DNA of 64,000 nt, taken from Anaeramoeba ignava BMAN (lineage: Eukaryota; Protista; Anaeramoebae). The DNA lies in NCBI GenBank assembly GCA_028826165.1, contig JAPDFW010000137.1:58111-122110 (forward strand), read 5' to 3'. Position numbers and translations under genes: made by a program. Under the pieces are notes generated by a model. That model was given only the letters and a program-made list of their open reading frames with translations. It searched no databases and had not been told where the DNA came from. This document shows positions 46,294 through 60,600 of the stretch, one piece after another. The stretch's first letter is position 1. Each line of letters begins with the position of its first letter.

Positions 46294-48149
46294 ATGGGAA
46301 ATCATTCAACAGTAAATCATATAAGAAAAATGAAAACGAAAAGATATTTTAAAATGATCGAGAAAACAAAAGATAAAGTAGTTTGTATTGATAATCGTTC
46401 TAGATTAATTGGTGCAAGTCACACTGCAATTTCTTTTTTAGGATTAAAAGGTTTTAAAAAATATCATAAAAAATCAATCTTAACTTTTCTTCCAAGAAAA
46501 CAACCTGATTCTAATTTAGAACCAAATCAAATCGTTCAATTATTAATGAACGAACTTTCTGAGTAATTAATTTTCAATTATTATTTTATATTATTTTTCT
46601 ATTATTTTTCAATAATTTTTTTAATTGAAAAAAGGGAAAAAAAAAAAAGAGATCGAACCAAATTATGAATGAAAATGCTATCAAAGCAATTTCATTTAAT
46701 TTAAATATAAATATGAATTCTATTTCATAATTTAAATTAGGTTTAAAATTGGAGATTCGAATTTGAGATCAAAAATTAAAAATCCAAATTTAATATTTTT
46801 AATATTTATTTAAAATATTTTTAATATTTAATTTCAATTAAATAATAAATATTTATTTAATAATTAATATTTATTTAATAATTAATATTTATTATTACAA
46901 ATTCTCATTTCAATCTAATATTTAATATTTTTAATATTTAATATTACAAATTCCCATTTCAATTTAATAATTAATATTTATTTAAAATATTTAATATTAC
47001 AAATTCTCATTTCAATTTAATATTTATTTAATATTTATTTAATAATTAATATTTATTATTACAAATTCTCATTTCAATTAAATAATTAATATTTATTTAA
47101 AATATTTTTAATATTTAATATTTAATTAAAATTAAAAAAGTTGTGCAAATTCTATTTCATTTGATATTCAAATAAAAAATTTACTTGGTGAACTAATAAA
47201 AGTTCAAATTTGGTTATCACCATTATTCCTAAGTGGTCATTCAGTAACACAAATAATAATACGAGAAATGGAAACAATTCCTAATATGAAAAATCCAATA
47301 GAAGAATTTCTATCAACAAAAGTAAGTACAGATGAAACTACCAAAACAGAATCAGAACAAAAAACACAGAAAACAGCAACAACAACAACAGAAACTGAAA
47401 CTAAATATAATGAAAATGAAAATGAATATGAATATGATAATTTTAATGAAAATTTTAATAAAAATAAAATTGAAAACAAAAATCAAATTCAAAATGAAAA
47501 TCAAATTCAAAATCAAAATGAAAATGAAAATGAAAATGAAAATGAAAATGAAAGTGAATCAAATACTACAACAACTACAACAACTACAACAACTACTACT
47601 ACTTTTGATGAAATAGAATTTCAAGAAAATCAAAATCAAAAATGCAATCGAAATTTCAAACAATTTTATAACCAAAATCAAACTTATTTTCGTGATGGAT
47701 TTAATCATTCTTTTTCTCATCCAACATTTTCAAAAAACTCACCAAAAAAACCAATTTTGGATGATTTTTTCTCAGTTCAAGAAATTGAAGGATTGATTGA
47801 AAAAGTGGATCGAAAAATTTCCAATTTAATTTCTCAAAAAAATAAAATTCAATATCTTAAATCAAGTGATCAACAACTTAAACAAATGAAAAATTTAATT
47901 TCTGAAAAAAACAAAGAGATTAATTCATTGCAAACTGAATTGGAAGAAGCAAATATGTCCGTTAATGGTTTGAAAAAAGAAATTTTCAAAATGGAAAGCA
48001 AATGTCAAAACCAAAAGCAAAAGAAAGAAATGTTCTTAAAAAAATTTGAAGAAGTCAAAAAAGAAATTCTTAAACAAAGAAATGAAACTAAAAGATATCG
48101 AAGTAAATTAGAAACTCTTACAAATCAAAAAAAAGAAAATTTCAATTAA
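46294..48149 (+). CDS. PAS-domain protein with an MGN N-terminus, low-complexity linker and C-terminal coiled coil
   Basis: Intron 46563-47140 joins SILTFLPRKQPDSNLEPNQIVQLLMNELSD to CANSISFDIQIKNLLGELIKVQIWLSPLFLSGHSVTQIIIRE. This aligns with the PAS of the 42367 gene (SILTFSSEKQPD...VYIWLNPIRLG...FQAIIR). Confidence 0.8.
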
Positions 48150-48295
48150 ATTATCTAATTTAAATTTTGGGTTTTTGGATTATTATTTTTTTATGTGATA
48201 TTCAAAGAAAAAGAGAAAAGAAAAAGAATTATTTTTTTTATTCCACTTTTTGTTTAAATTTTTTTTTTAAAAAAAATAAAAAGAAAAAAAATTAA

Positions 48296-48672
48296 ATTTT
48301 GATTTTAATTTTAATTTTAATTTTAATTTTAATTTTAATTTTAATTTTAATTTTAATTTTAATTTTAATTTTAATTTTGATTTTAATTTTAATTTTAATT
48401 TTAATTTTAATTTTAATTTTAATTTTAATTTTAATTTTTAATTTTAATTTTAATTTTAATTTTAATTTTAATTTTAATTTTAATTTTAATTTTAATTTTA
48501 ATTTTAATTTTGATTTTAGATTTTAATTTTAATTTTAATTTTAATTTTAATTTTAATTTTAATTTTAATTTTAATTTTAATTTTAATTTTAATTTTAATT
48601 TTAATTTTAATTTTAATTTTAATTTTAATTTTAATTTTAATTTTAATTTTAATTTTCATTTTCATTTTCATT
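48296..48672. repeat. (TTTTAA)n microsatellite directly 3' of the RNF213-like stop codon
   Basis: Direct reading of the sequence. Confidence 0.95.
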
Positions 48673-48673
48673 T

Positions 48674-51600
48674 TTAATTTTGATTTTGATTTTGATTTTC
48701 ATTAAAAATATCTGAGCAAAATTGATAAACATGAGAACTGTTTCCTAATAAAATTACTTCATCATTATCAAAATTTTCTTCAATTTCTTTATAAATATTT
48801 GTTGTTTTATCTTTAATTGAAAAAAGAAATAATTTTCTAAATGGATAATTATGATTCAAATTTCCTTTAAGTTTCCTAATAAAATCTTTCAAAACACAAA
48901 TAAAATCAAATATTGGGATATTTTTTGTAATTGTTTCTAATGAATTTTTCAATAATGAAATTTGGAAAGAAGTCATTTCCCATTTGAATCTTTTATCAAG
49001 ATTTTCCAAAATATTTTCAAAATTATCTTTAAATTGTTTATGAATAAATAAAAGATGTTTCATTTTAGCAAATTGTTTAAATTTTGATAAATCATTTTCA
49101 ATATCTTCCAAATTTTTAAATTCAAATTCAAATTGAAATTCAAGTTTTGTTTTAATAAATTCTATTATTGATAAATCTTTTAATTTTGAAAATTTATTTT
49201 CATTTTTAATATTTTGACATCCCAAAATTATATATTCAATAAGTTTTCCAAAAGTTCCAAACAAATTATTCTTTTCTAATTCTTCTTTAATTTGTTTCCA
49301 TTTATCATGATTTAATTCTTTTTGTTCCCATTTTTTTTCTGTTTCAAGAAATTCTGTTTTAATTTCAATTTGTTTTCCATAATAATTAAAATTTTCAATT
49401 TCAATTTTGAAAATATTTGTTTCTTTTAAATAATTTAATTTTTTTCTAATAAATTCTTCAATATAATCTAATTCTTGAATTAAATTATTATAATTTATAA
49501 ATTCTTGAAATTCTTGGATATTAAATTTGATAATTTTAATAAAATCTGAATTTAATATTTTTGGGAAATGAAGAATTGATTCTTTAAATCCTTGAATATT
49601 TTCATTATTTTCATTATTTTGATTTTCATTATTTTGATTTTCATTATTTTCATTATTTTCATTATTTTCATTATTTTCATTATTTTCATTATTTTCATTA
49701 TTTTCATTATTTTCATTATTTTCATTATTTTCGTGATTTTCATTATTTTCATTTTTTTCATTATTTTGATTATGTTGTGAATCTTGGAAAATAGATTTTA
49801 AAAATGGAGATTTAATTAATTCATTATGAAGATTAATTGAATGTTCAATTAATATTGGAATCATTAAATTATAATTTTCTTTTCCTGTTAAACAAAAATC
49901 AATTATATCTTCTTTTTTAATTTCATATTTGAAATTATCATCATTAATTTCTTTTGTAATTTGTAAATATTTAATTTCTTTTGAACTTAATTTCCAAAAT
50001 TTTTCAAATTGTAAATATAATTTATTGATTATTGGATTGTTTTCTGTTTCAATAAATTTTTGAATTTGAATTACTTTTGCTTCTTCTTTTGAAATTTTTC
50101 CATTCATTTTTTTCATTATTAAACTTGTAAATTTAATAAATCCTTCAAATAAATTTAATATTTCTAATTTTGGATAATTTTCAATTATAAATTTAATCAA
50201 TGGATATTTTTCAAAATCTTCTTCTTTTTTTTGAATGTATAAATTAATAATTGGATATAAATTTGGTTTTGATAAATCAAATAAATTTATTTTTGTTTTG
50301 GATTGTTGTAATTTTTTGTTGATTTTATATTTTTTTTTAATATTTGAAATTATTTTTTCATGATTCTTTTTGAAAACATCAGAAAATATTTCTTCCAATT
50401 TATTTCTTGTTTCAACTTCTTTGAAATTATCTTTTCTTAATAAAAAATTTGGAATTTTCTTTTTGGAAAATAATTTTAATGTTTCATTATAATAAAGTAT
50501 TGATTGATAATTTGTAAGATTTGTTAATTTGGATATAATCAATAAATCATTTTCAATATGAGAAATTAATTGTTTGATTAATTCTTTTTGGTTTTTTGGT
50601 TTAAAAACACAATTATTAATCATTGAAATGAAATGATTTGAAAATTTTTCAGAAATAATTGAAAAAGGAAGAATTGATGAATGAATTAATAATCTAATAA
50701 TTCTAAAAGTTATTGGATTTAATTTTCGATATGTTAATAATGGATTTGAATTTGGTATTTTAGAAACTGAATAAGATAAAACATTTTCAAAAAATTCTGA
50801 ATTAATTTCATTTTCTTTTAAATTTGATTTACAAAATTCACACCAATTTTGTAATTTAATATGAGAAGATTTCACAAAATTTAAATGTCCCTTTTCACAA
50901 AATTTCCAATAACTTTTTTCTTTTTCAAATTCTTGTTGAAATGGATGTGATCCCATTGATAAAAAATATAATTTTTCAAGTATTTCTTGTTTTAATTGTG
51001 ATTCTCCAACTTCAAATAAAAGATCAGATGAAAATAAAAGTTGAAATGGTTCAAGTTTTGTATTATCAATAAATTCAACACTTTGAATTATCATTTTGAA
51101 AATTTCTTTGTTTTCAATTTCTTTTTCAATTTCCCAAAAATTTCGATAAAATTGTGAAATAATATAACTTATTTTATGTTCTGAAACAAATGAAATATGT
51201 GTTTTTTGAAATTGTAATGATAAATCATTTTCAATTTCTTTTTGTTCATAATAATATAATAATGATTGATCTTTGTTCTTTTTTGGATATTCTATTATTA
51301 TTGAATCATCACTTTTTGAATTCAAAATATTTTGAGAAATTTCTAGTTCTTTAATTTTATCAGGAATTTCTTTTTCAATAAACTTTTGAAGATAATTTCT
51401 TCCTTTATCATTTTCAATTTCATTAAAAATAAATTTAATCCATATTTCTCCACTTTTTCTTGAAAAACTATTTTTAAATTTTTGTATTATTTTTTTTGGA
51501 TTTCGAAGTAACATTTTTCTTTTTTCAATAAATTTAATAATATTTTGAATTGAGAATTGATTTTTAGAAATTGCAACCATAATATTTTTTTCTTTCAAAT

Positions 51601-54600
51601 TTGGTTTAGATTCTTTCTTGGATTTTGAATTTAAATTTGAATTTGAAATTGAAATTGATTTCAGTTGTGATTTTGATTTTGGTTTTGATTGTGATTTTGT
51701 TTCTAATTTTGATTTTGGTTTTGATTCTTTCTTTAAATTAGGTAAATCTTGATTTTTAAAGAGATTTTGTTGAATAGATTTAATCTTGTTTCTTATTTCT
51801 TCATTTTCATTAATAATTTTTATACAAGAAATAAGAATAATATTTTCTGGTTTGTTTTCTAATATTTCTTGATTTGTATTTTTCAAAAATTCATCAATAA
51901 AATTAATAATTTCTTCATTATCTTCATTTGAATTTTCGTTTTGAATAAATGAAAATAAATTTTTAAGTATTGGATAAAAAATTGAATAAATATTTTCAAT
52001 TTGTTTAACTTTTAAAAATATTTCAATTTTTTCTATTGAATAATTTAAAAATTTTTGAATAAATCCAAAATTAAATTTTTTTGTTAATTTTTTCTTGAAT
52101 AAAAATTGTTGAAAAATTATTCTTCCATAAAATGTTAAATATTCTGAAAATTTATGGAAAATATTTATAATTTCTTTTCTATATTCTTCAATTTTACTTT
52201 TTCTAATTGTTCTGAAATGTTTTGTATCATTTTCTTCAATTTCTTCTTCACAAATTGAACATTTTCCTTCATTACTTTCCAAACATAAATAAATTGGTTT
52301 TTTTTCTTTTTGAGATTTTTTACAAATTTTGATGTTTTTATAATTAATATTTTCTGAAAATAATTCTTCAATTAATTCATTTGTTATTTTATTAATCATT
52401 AATTCATTTTCAATTTTTTGATAATTATAATTTTCTCGTGTTTTTTTTGGATTTAATTGTTTTAATTGAATTGAAAATTGTTTTTGGAATGTTTGAATAA
52501 TCCATTCATTATAAAGTTTTTCAATTTCTTCTTTTTCTTCTTGTTTTTGATTTATTTCAATCCAAAATTCAAATAATTCTTCAATATTATCATTTTGAAT
52601 TATTTCTTCTTTATCTTCTTTTATTTTTTCAATCAATTCTTTCATAAATAATAAAAATGAAAATCTTTTTCTCTTTTCATTTTTTCTTTTTGTTTTGAAA
52701 TTAATTAATTTGGAAATAAAAAGTAAATTAATTAATTTTTGATGAATTTTTTCAAAATAAATTTGTTGAATTTTTTGAAATGAAATTGTTTCTATTTTTT
52801 CATTGGATTGTTGTGAATAATAATTTTTGATAATTCTTCTTAAATTAATTTTTAATTTTTGGAAAATATTTTCTTGTTCTGGATTAAGAACCAATTTGAT
52901 AAAATCTTTTAAATATTTTTGAATAATTTCATTATTGAAAGATGAATCAATAAATGTAATAATTTTGTTTTGTTGAGAAATTGTTTCATTTTGTTGAATT
53001 ATTGAATAAATTATTGATGAAAATGGAAATTCTTGTTTAATTGTTTTTGTTTTGTAAATTGGATAACAAGGAATTTCAAATTGTTGAAATATAACATCCC
53101 AAATTTCTTTCATTTTTTCATCTTTTGAATTTAATAAAATTGATAAATTTTCATTTTGATTTATATTTTGGAAAAATATATCAAAAATTTCAATTAAATC
53201 TTCTTTAACTTTATCAAATAAAATACTTATAAATTTCTTTTTCTTTTGTTTGAAATTATGTAAAATATCAAAAATTTCCCATTTAAAATTTTCATGTTTT
53301 GATTTAATTGATAATTCAATCATTTCTCTAATTTTTTGGAAAATTTGTTCTTTCATTTCTTCATTCTTAAAAAGGTTTTTTTCAATTAATTCTTTTTCTT
53401 TTTTGAAATTTTCATTTGTTAAATCTTTTTCTTTTGAAAGAATTATTCCTAAATTTTCTATTATTATTTTTTCTATTTGTTTGTTTTCTTGTAAATAATC
53501 AAATGATTCTAAAAGATTTTGAGGTAAATTTTTAAGATTAAATAAAGGTTCAATTTCTTCAATATAATAATGTTCCCAATTTTTTTCAAAATAAAAAGGA
53601 AATGATTTAGAATTTGAAGTGAAAGATAAATGAATAAATAATATAATATAAGAATTCTCTATTTTGTTTTGATTATTGTTTTGAGAAATTATTTGTTCAA
53701 TTAAAATTTTAATTTGATAAAATAATTCAATTTGATTTTGTTTGAAATGAATAATTAAAATATTTTTTTCTTTTGGAATATTGGAAATTAATTCTTCATT
53801 TTCTTCTTTGATAATTTTATCTTTGTTTTGTAAATCTAAAATTTTAAATGAATATTCTGAATATTTTTCTTCAATTTTTCCAATTTCTCTTTTATATCCT
53901 CTTGTAAAAATTATTGATTTTTTCACTTTATTTTTTAAAATTTCTTCATTTAAAAGTTCTTCAAAATTATTGTAAATAGATGAAAAATATTCTTCTTTGA
54001 TTTGATTAACTTTTTGAATTTGTTTTTTTGATAATAATTCTTTAATTTCAATCATTTTTTCAAATTTAAAAAATTGAATAATTTTCTTTTTGATTTTTTC
54101 TTCTTGATCTTTTTCATTTTGATATTTAAGAATAAGTGAAGAAAATGAGTTTTGATTAAATTCAATAATTAAATCTTCTTTTTAATTTTGTTTTCAGTAA
54201 ATTGTTTGATTGGATTTAATATTTTGAATATTTTGGATGATGATTGTTTTGGAATATTAAAAGAAGAAATATCAATTAAATGTTTTTCAAATTGATTTAA
54301 TAAATTAGGTTGATTAAATTCATATTTAATTGCTTTTGTTGTTATAATTATTAATCTGAAATTTGGATTCATTTCAATTTTTCTTATTTCATTTTCAAAA
54401 CGAATTGTTATATAAAATTTTTCATTTTCTTTAATATAATTTTGATTAAATAAATCATCTAATAATGGATAAATTTTTTGATAATCAAGAAGAATTAACA
54501 TTTTTCCTTCATAAATACATTTTTCAATAATATCTAATATTTTATTAATTTCTTGATTTTCATTTTCTATTTGTGATTCTGATTTTATTAATGAATTTGA

Positions 54601-57600
54601 ATCAAATAAAATGATTGAATTTCTGGAAAAATATTGTAAAATTATTGAAAAAATTGAAATATTTGGAATAAATATCATTAAATGTCTTGATGTTTTTATA
54701 AAATCTGAATATTTTTGAATTTCATTTTCTTTTGATAATTCTTGAATATTTTCTTTTATTGATTGAAATGTATTGAATTCTGGAAGTTTTTCAAATCCTT
54801 CAATTTTACTATTTTCCAAAATTTGATTTAATATTTTTGATTTAATTCCAAAATTTCTAAAAAGAGATTCATAACAAATATCTAGAAGTAGTTTTTTCTT
54901 TTGTTCATTTCCATAATAAAATCCAATATTATTAAGGAAATATTGATAATCTTTAATTCCATAAAAATTTAATGGTGGTTGATTTTCTTGAAGAATTGTT
55001 TTTAATTGTTTTGAAATTATTTCATTTTGATTTTGATAAATTTTATAAAATAATTCAACAAAAATATTGGGATAATTTCTGTGTATTTCTTTAGAGAATG
55101 ATTTTGTAATTTCTTTTGTTGCAATTTCTAATTGATTTCGATTTAAATTTGATAATAATAACAAATTTTTTGAAGTTAATCCTGAAATTTCAAAATTTGT
55201 ATTTGTATTTGTTAATAAAATTAATGTAAATTTTGAATTTGAATTTGAATTTGAATTATAAATCATTTTATTCATAATTTTTTTGATTTTTGAATGAATC
55301 ATAATTAAATTTTCTTTTGATAAATTTGTGAAATTTTTTAAAATTATTATTGGAATAATTTGTTTTTGTTTTTGTTTTTTGATGTTTTGGAATTGATTTT
55401 GAAGATATTCTTCTGTAAATATTTGTGAACATTGAATTTTAAATTGTTTTATTTGTGGAAGATTCCATTGTTTTAAATTTTGATCTTCATTTTGATTTTG
55501 ATTTTTATTTTGAGAAGATGAAAATGAATTGAAAATAGATTGAAAAGATTTTTTTGAAATTGCTATTTTTGTTTTAAATAAAAATAAAAATAAAAATAAA
55601 TTAATTTAATAATTATTTTTGTTATTAATTTGTTATTAATTTACCTAAATTATCAATTATTAATAAAGGTATTTGTGTAAAAAATGAAATAAATATTGAT
55701 AAAATATTTTCATTAAAATTTTGATTTTGGAAAAGATTTGTTTTGGTTAAATTAAATTGAATTGATTGAATTAAACTTTTTGTTAATTTATCAATAATTC
55801 CTTTAATTTTTATTTTTTCTAAATCTTTTTTAAAATTTCCATTTATTTTAATCTTTTTGAAATTTTCTTCAACTTTTAATAAAAATTCTTCTTTTTCTTT
55901 TTCAATAAAATATGATCCATAAACAACAAACAAAGATATTAGCATACTTTCTCTAAATATAACTCGATTTTTATTTGATAGATCATTAAATTTTTTGCAA
56001 ATTTCTTTTTCAATTAACCATTGGAAAATATTGAGAAATATGAAAACATCTTGTAATGATTGAATGGAATAATTTGTTTTGTTTTGTTGTTGAATATAAT
56101 TTCTTGAAAAATTAATTGTTTCTAAAATAATTTGAATAATTTTTTCTTTATCAATATTAACTAATTTTTTTGGAAATTTTTGGTAAATCATTGATAAAAT
56201 ATAATTGTTTTCTCCTTTTTCGCTTAAATTCCCAAAATCATAAATATCTTCAAAAAATGAATCAGGAATTAATTGAGGTTTTGAAATTATTTCTTCAATT
56301 ATATTTGATTCATTTGATTCATTTGGTTTGATTTGAGAAGAATATTTTTTTGATTGAAATGATTTGATTGAAGCTAATAAATTAATTTGTTTTGATAAAT
56401 TTAATAAATCAAAAGATCGATCTATTAAAATTTTCTTTAATAAAATTATGCATTCTTTTGATCCTGTATTGAAATCATTGAATAAAATATTAATTTTTGA
56501 ATTTGGTTTTTCTTTGATAATATTTTCAGCTTTTTCAATAATTTGTTCAATATCTTTTTTGGTTGTTTTAGAATTAATATTTAGAATTATTAATTTTTGT
56601 TTTAAGATTTCTTCTAATAAATAATGAATTAATAAGTTTTTCTCATAATCATTTCCTTCAATAAAAATAACTGGAAGTTTTGCTATTAATCTATAATGAA
56701 TATTGATTAATTTCATTAGGTTATTTGAAGTTAGAAATATTGGATAATCTTTTATATCTTGTTTTGAATTAAAAGAATTGAGAATTTTCAAAATAATTTC
56801 TTTTTCAATTTCAATTTTCTCTTCATCATTTTGGAAATTTTCATAAATTTTAATCAATACATTATTGTTTAAAAAATTTTCTAATTTTTGATTAAATAAT
56901 GATTTGATTTGATTATTGCTTATAATTATCATTTCAAGTGATTCATTTTTGTTTTGATTTAAAAAAATTGGGAAAGTGAAAAATTTTTGATTCCAATCAA
57001 TTCTATCTTTTAATAAATTTGAGAAATCTTCAAATTCATTTGTTTCTAATTTTTCTATTTTTGTACTCCATTTAATATAACGTGAAGAAATATTAACAAT
57101 AGAATCTAAATAAAATGAAAATAATTGTGAAATAAATTTTTCATAAATTTCTTCATTTTCTTCTTTGAATAAAATTATTCTTAATTGATTTGAATCCAAA
57201 AATTGACAATTTTGTAATAAAATTATTTGGGATTTTAAAATTGAACAAATAATAAATATTATTCTGAAAGTTAAAGGTTGACCTGGTAATTTTTGTAAGA
57301 TTTTCTTTTCAATTAAATTAAAGAATTCTTTTTTATCTGGTTCTTGATTAATAAATTCTTTTCTTTTTTCAATTTGAAGATTTTTAAATTGTTTGAAATT
57401 ATTATTACTTAATTCAATTAATTTAGCAACATTTTTCAATTTTTTATCTTCAATTTTTTCAATTATAAAATTTGGATTTAATTTAAATTTAATAAATGAA
57501 AATTCATCATAATTAACTTGACATTCTTTTTCTTGAAAATATTTTAATGATTGGAAATGATTTAATCCATTTTCTGAATTTTCTTTTCTATTACTTGGAA

Positions 57601-60600
57601 TTTCAAAAGCTAAAAAACAATTATTTAAATCTTCTTGATTAAAATCAAAAATGAAATTTGATGATTTTTCTTTTTGTTTTCAAATAAATTCCACATTGTA
57701 AATCCCCAAATAAAATCTAAAGTTTCTAATTCTAGGTGAAAAAGGTAATTCAATATGAAAAAATTTCTTTTCTTTTTCTTTATCTTTAATAAAATCATTT
57801 GATATTTCTTTTGATAAAATGATATTGAAATATAGATAATTTTCTTTTTGATATTCTTCATTAAATTTTTTGTGAATTTGATAAGTTTTTCCCATTCCAC
57901 TAATTTTAGAAGTAAATAATTGTATTTTTGGATAAAGTTTGTGATATTTTTTGTAAATTTGTGATATTTTTTTTTTGGAAATAATTTTGATTTTGTTTGT
58001 TATTAAACATTTTGGAAATTGGTTAACAATTCTAAAATTTCCAATTTTCTCTTCATAAAAGAAAATTATTAATGGGAAATGAATTGTGAAAGAAATATTT
58101 TGAATTTTTTCAGTTAATACTTTTAAACATTCTTGAGATAATTTATGTGAATGAAGAATTGAAAATAAATATTTGTTTTTTGGAATATTTTCATATTTTT
58201 CATTATAAATTTGATAAATATTAAAGAAATTGTTAATATCATTTTTTGTTGAATTTGAATCACAAAATAATATATTTTCTTTTAAAGGGAAATGATTACA
58301 ATATCCTAAATATAAAGTTGTAACAATTTCATAAATTTCTTTTTCTTTTTCTAATTTATAAAAGAAAAATTTTTGATTTTGATTTTGATTTTGATTTTCA
58401 AAAATTTGATTAAATTGAGAATTTGATTTTTCTAAAATATTTTCATCAATTTTGATTATTCTTTGTTTGATTGAATTTTTGATAGGAATTAATTTTTCTA
58501 ATTCATTAATAAATGTTTTGAAAAAATTTGAATCAATTTTAATTTGGGAAATTTGAATTTTGAAATTTTTAAATTCTTCATTTTTTAAATTTGGTTTAAA
58601 TGATTTAAGAAGAGATAATGAATTATTGTTTTTGTTTTTGTTTTTGTTTTTGTTTTCAAAATGAAATTCTTTTATAATTGAAAAGATTTGTTCTTTTGAA
58701 AAAATTGAAAAAGTAAATTGAATATTATTATTGTTATTATTATTGATAAATTCTGAAAATAAATTATCAATTTGTTTTGTGAAATTTCTTTCTTCTTCAG
58801 TTTCTTTTTCTTTTTGTAATAAAATTAATTCTTCAATTTTTGTAAAAATTTTCTCTAATTTTTCTTGTGAAGGATTTATTTTTTGATAAATTTTGATAAT
58901 AATTTCAAATATATCATTAAATGATTTGAAAAGTTTTTCATTATATAAATATTCTTTAAATTCTTCTCTTAAATTTTGTAAATATTCTTTGGTTTGTTTT
59001 AAATTATTGTTATTGATTTTATCAAAAATTTCTTTAAATTCTTTATCATTTTCTAATTTTTGTAAAATTTGAATTGATTGAGGAAGTAATTCAAAATTAT
59101 ATTTCTTATTCAATGTACTACCAATAAATTTATAAATTTCTTGAAATATTTCATTAATTTTTGATAAATCTTTCATTTCTTTTTCATTTTTCAAATTTGG
59201 ATTAAAAAAATTAGAATAAAATTCATTTTCATATTTAAATAATGGAACAAATAAAATAAACCAATAAGGAATTTTGGAATAATTTTTTCTGTCTTCTTGA
59301 TATTTTAAAATTGGAGAACAAATTTGTTTAATTTTATCTTTAGGAATATTGGAAATTTCAAATAATAATTCAATTTCTTTTTCTAATAATTCTTTTGTCT
59401 TTTCATTTTCAATTATTTTTAAGAATAAATTTTCAAATTGTTTGATTTTCATTTTTTGATTTGAAATTAATTTTGTTTTTTTTATCAAATCATCTTGAAT
59501 TTGTTTAATTTTATTTTGTAAATCTTCAAATGAAATTTTCTTTTTTTCATTTATTAATGATTGTTGATATTCATTCCAATAAATATTTTGAAAAATTTGA
59601 GTTTGTTTCATTTTATAAAAATTTTGGATAATTTCTTCTTTAATTTTCAAATTTTGAATTGATTTTTTAATTTCATTAATTGATTTATCACTTTCAAATA
59701 AATTCAATATTTCTTTAATTTTTAAAATATCTTCTTCAATTAAAATTGGAGATAATTCAATTAAAATTGGATTTAATTCTTTTGATAAGAAGTTTTTTTG
59801 TTGATTTAATTGTTCAAATTCATTTTTTAAAATTTGGAAATTTGGTTTTTCGAATATAGCCCAAATTGGTGAATTTTCATAATTTTGATTAATAATTTCA
59901 GAAAGTTCTTTATAAGAAATATTTAAATTTTTTGATTTTTCAATAAAATTTTTCAATTTCTTTTTGATATTTTTTAATTGATTTAAGAAATTCAAATTTT
60001 GAAATTGTTTCATTTTCAATTTCTTTTATAAATAATAAAGCATCTATCCAAATATTTTTTTCTTGTTCTGGAAGTGAATTAAAGAATTGAAATAAATTTT
60101 GAGAATTAGTTGGTAATTTGTTTCCAATATAAGGTTTCCATGATTCAGTTTGTATTTCTAAGGGAATTTTTGAATAATATTTTTTTTCTTTAATAATATC
60201 TTCTTTGGAGATTTTATCATAATTTTTCTTTAACAAATTTTCAATTAAATTCTTTATAAATTCATCAATTTGATTTATTTTATCAAGTATTTTTGATTCA
60301 ATAATTATATTTAAACGTTCGTTTTTTCTTTTTGTTTTTGTAAAATATGGTTGAGCTTTTTAAATTATTATAAATTAATTGAAATTTTGATTGATTTGGA
60401 ATTTTAGTTTTGATTTTGAATCTGATTTTTGATTTTGATTTTGATTTTTGATTTTTGATTTTGATTTTGATTTTGATTTTGATTTTGATTTTTGATTTTG
60501 ATTTTTGATTTTGAATTTGATTTTGATTTTTATTTTTATTTTGATTTTGATTTTTGATTTTGATTTTGATTTTTGATTTTGATTTTTGAATTTGATTTTG

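Noticed and set aside
46645-46730. Possible alternative or decayed exon in the PAS intron (SNQIMNENAIKAISFNLNINMNSIS*)
   Set aside because: The resemblance to the flanking exons is weak, it ends in a stop, and I found no phase-compatible donor. It cannot be supported without RNA data.
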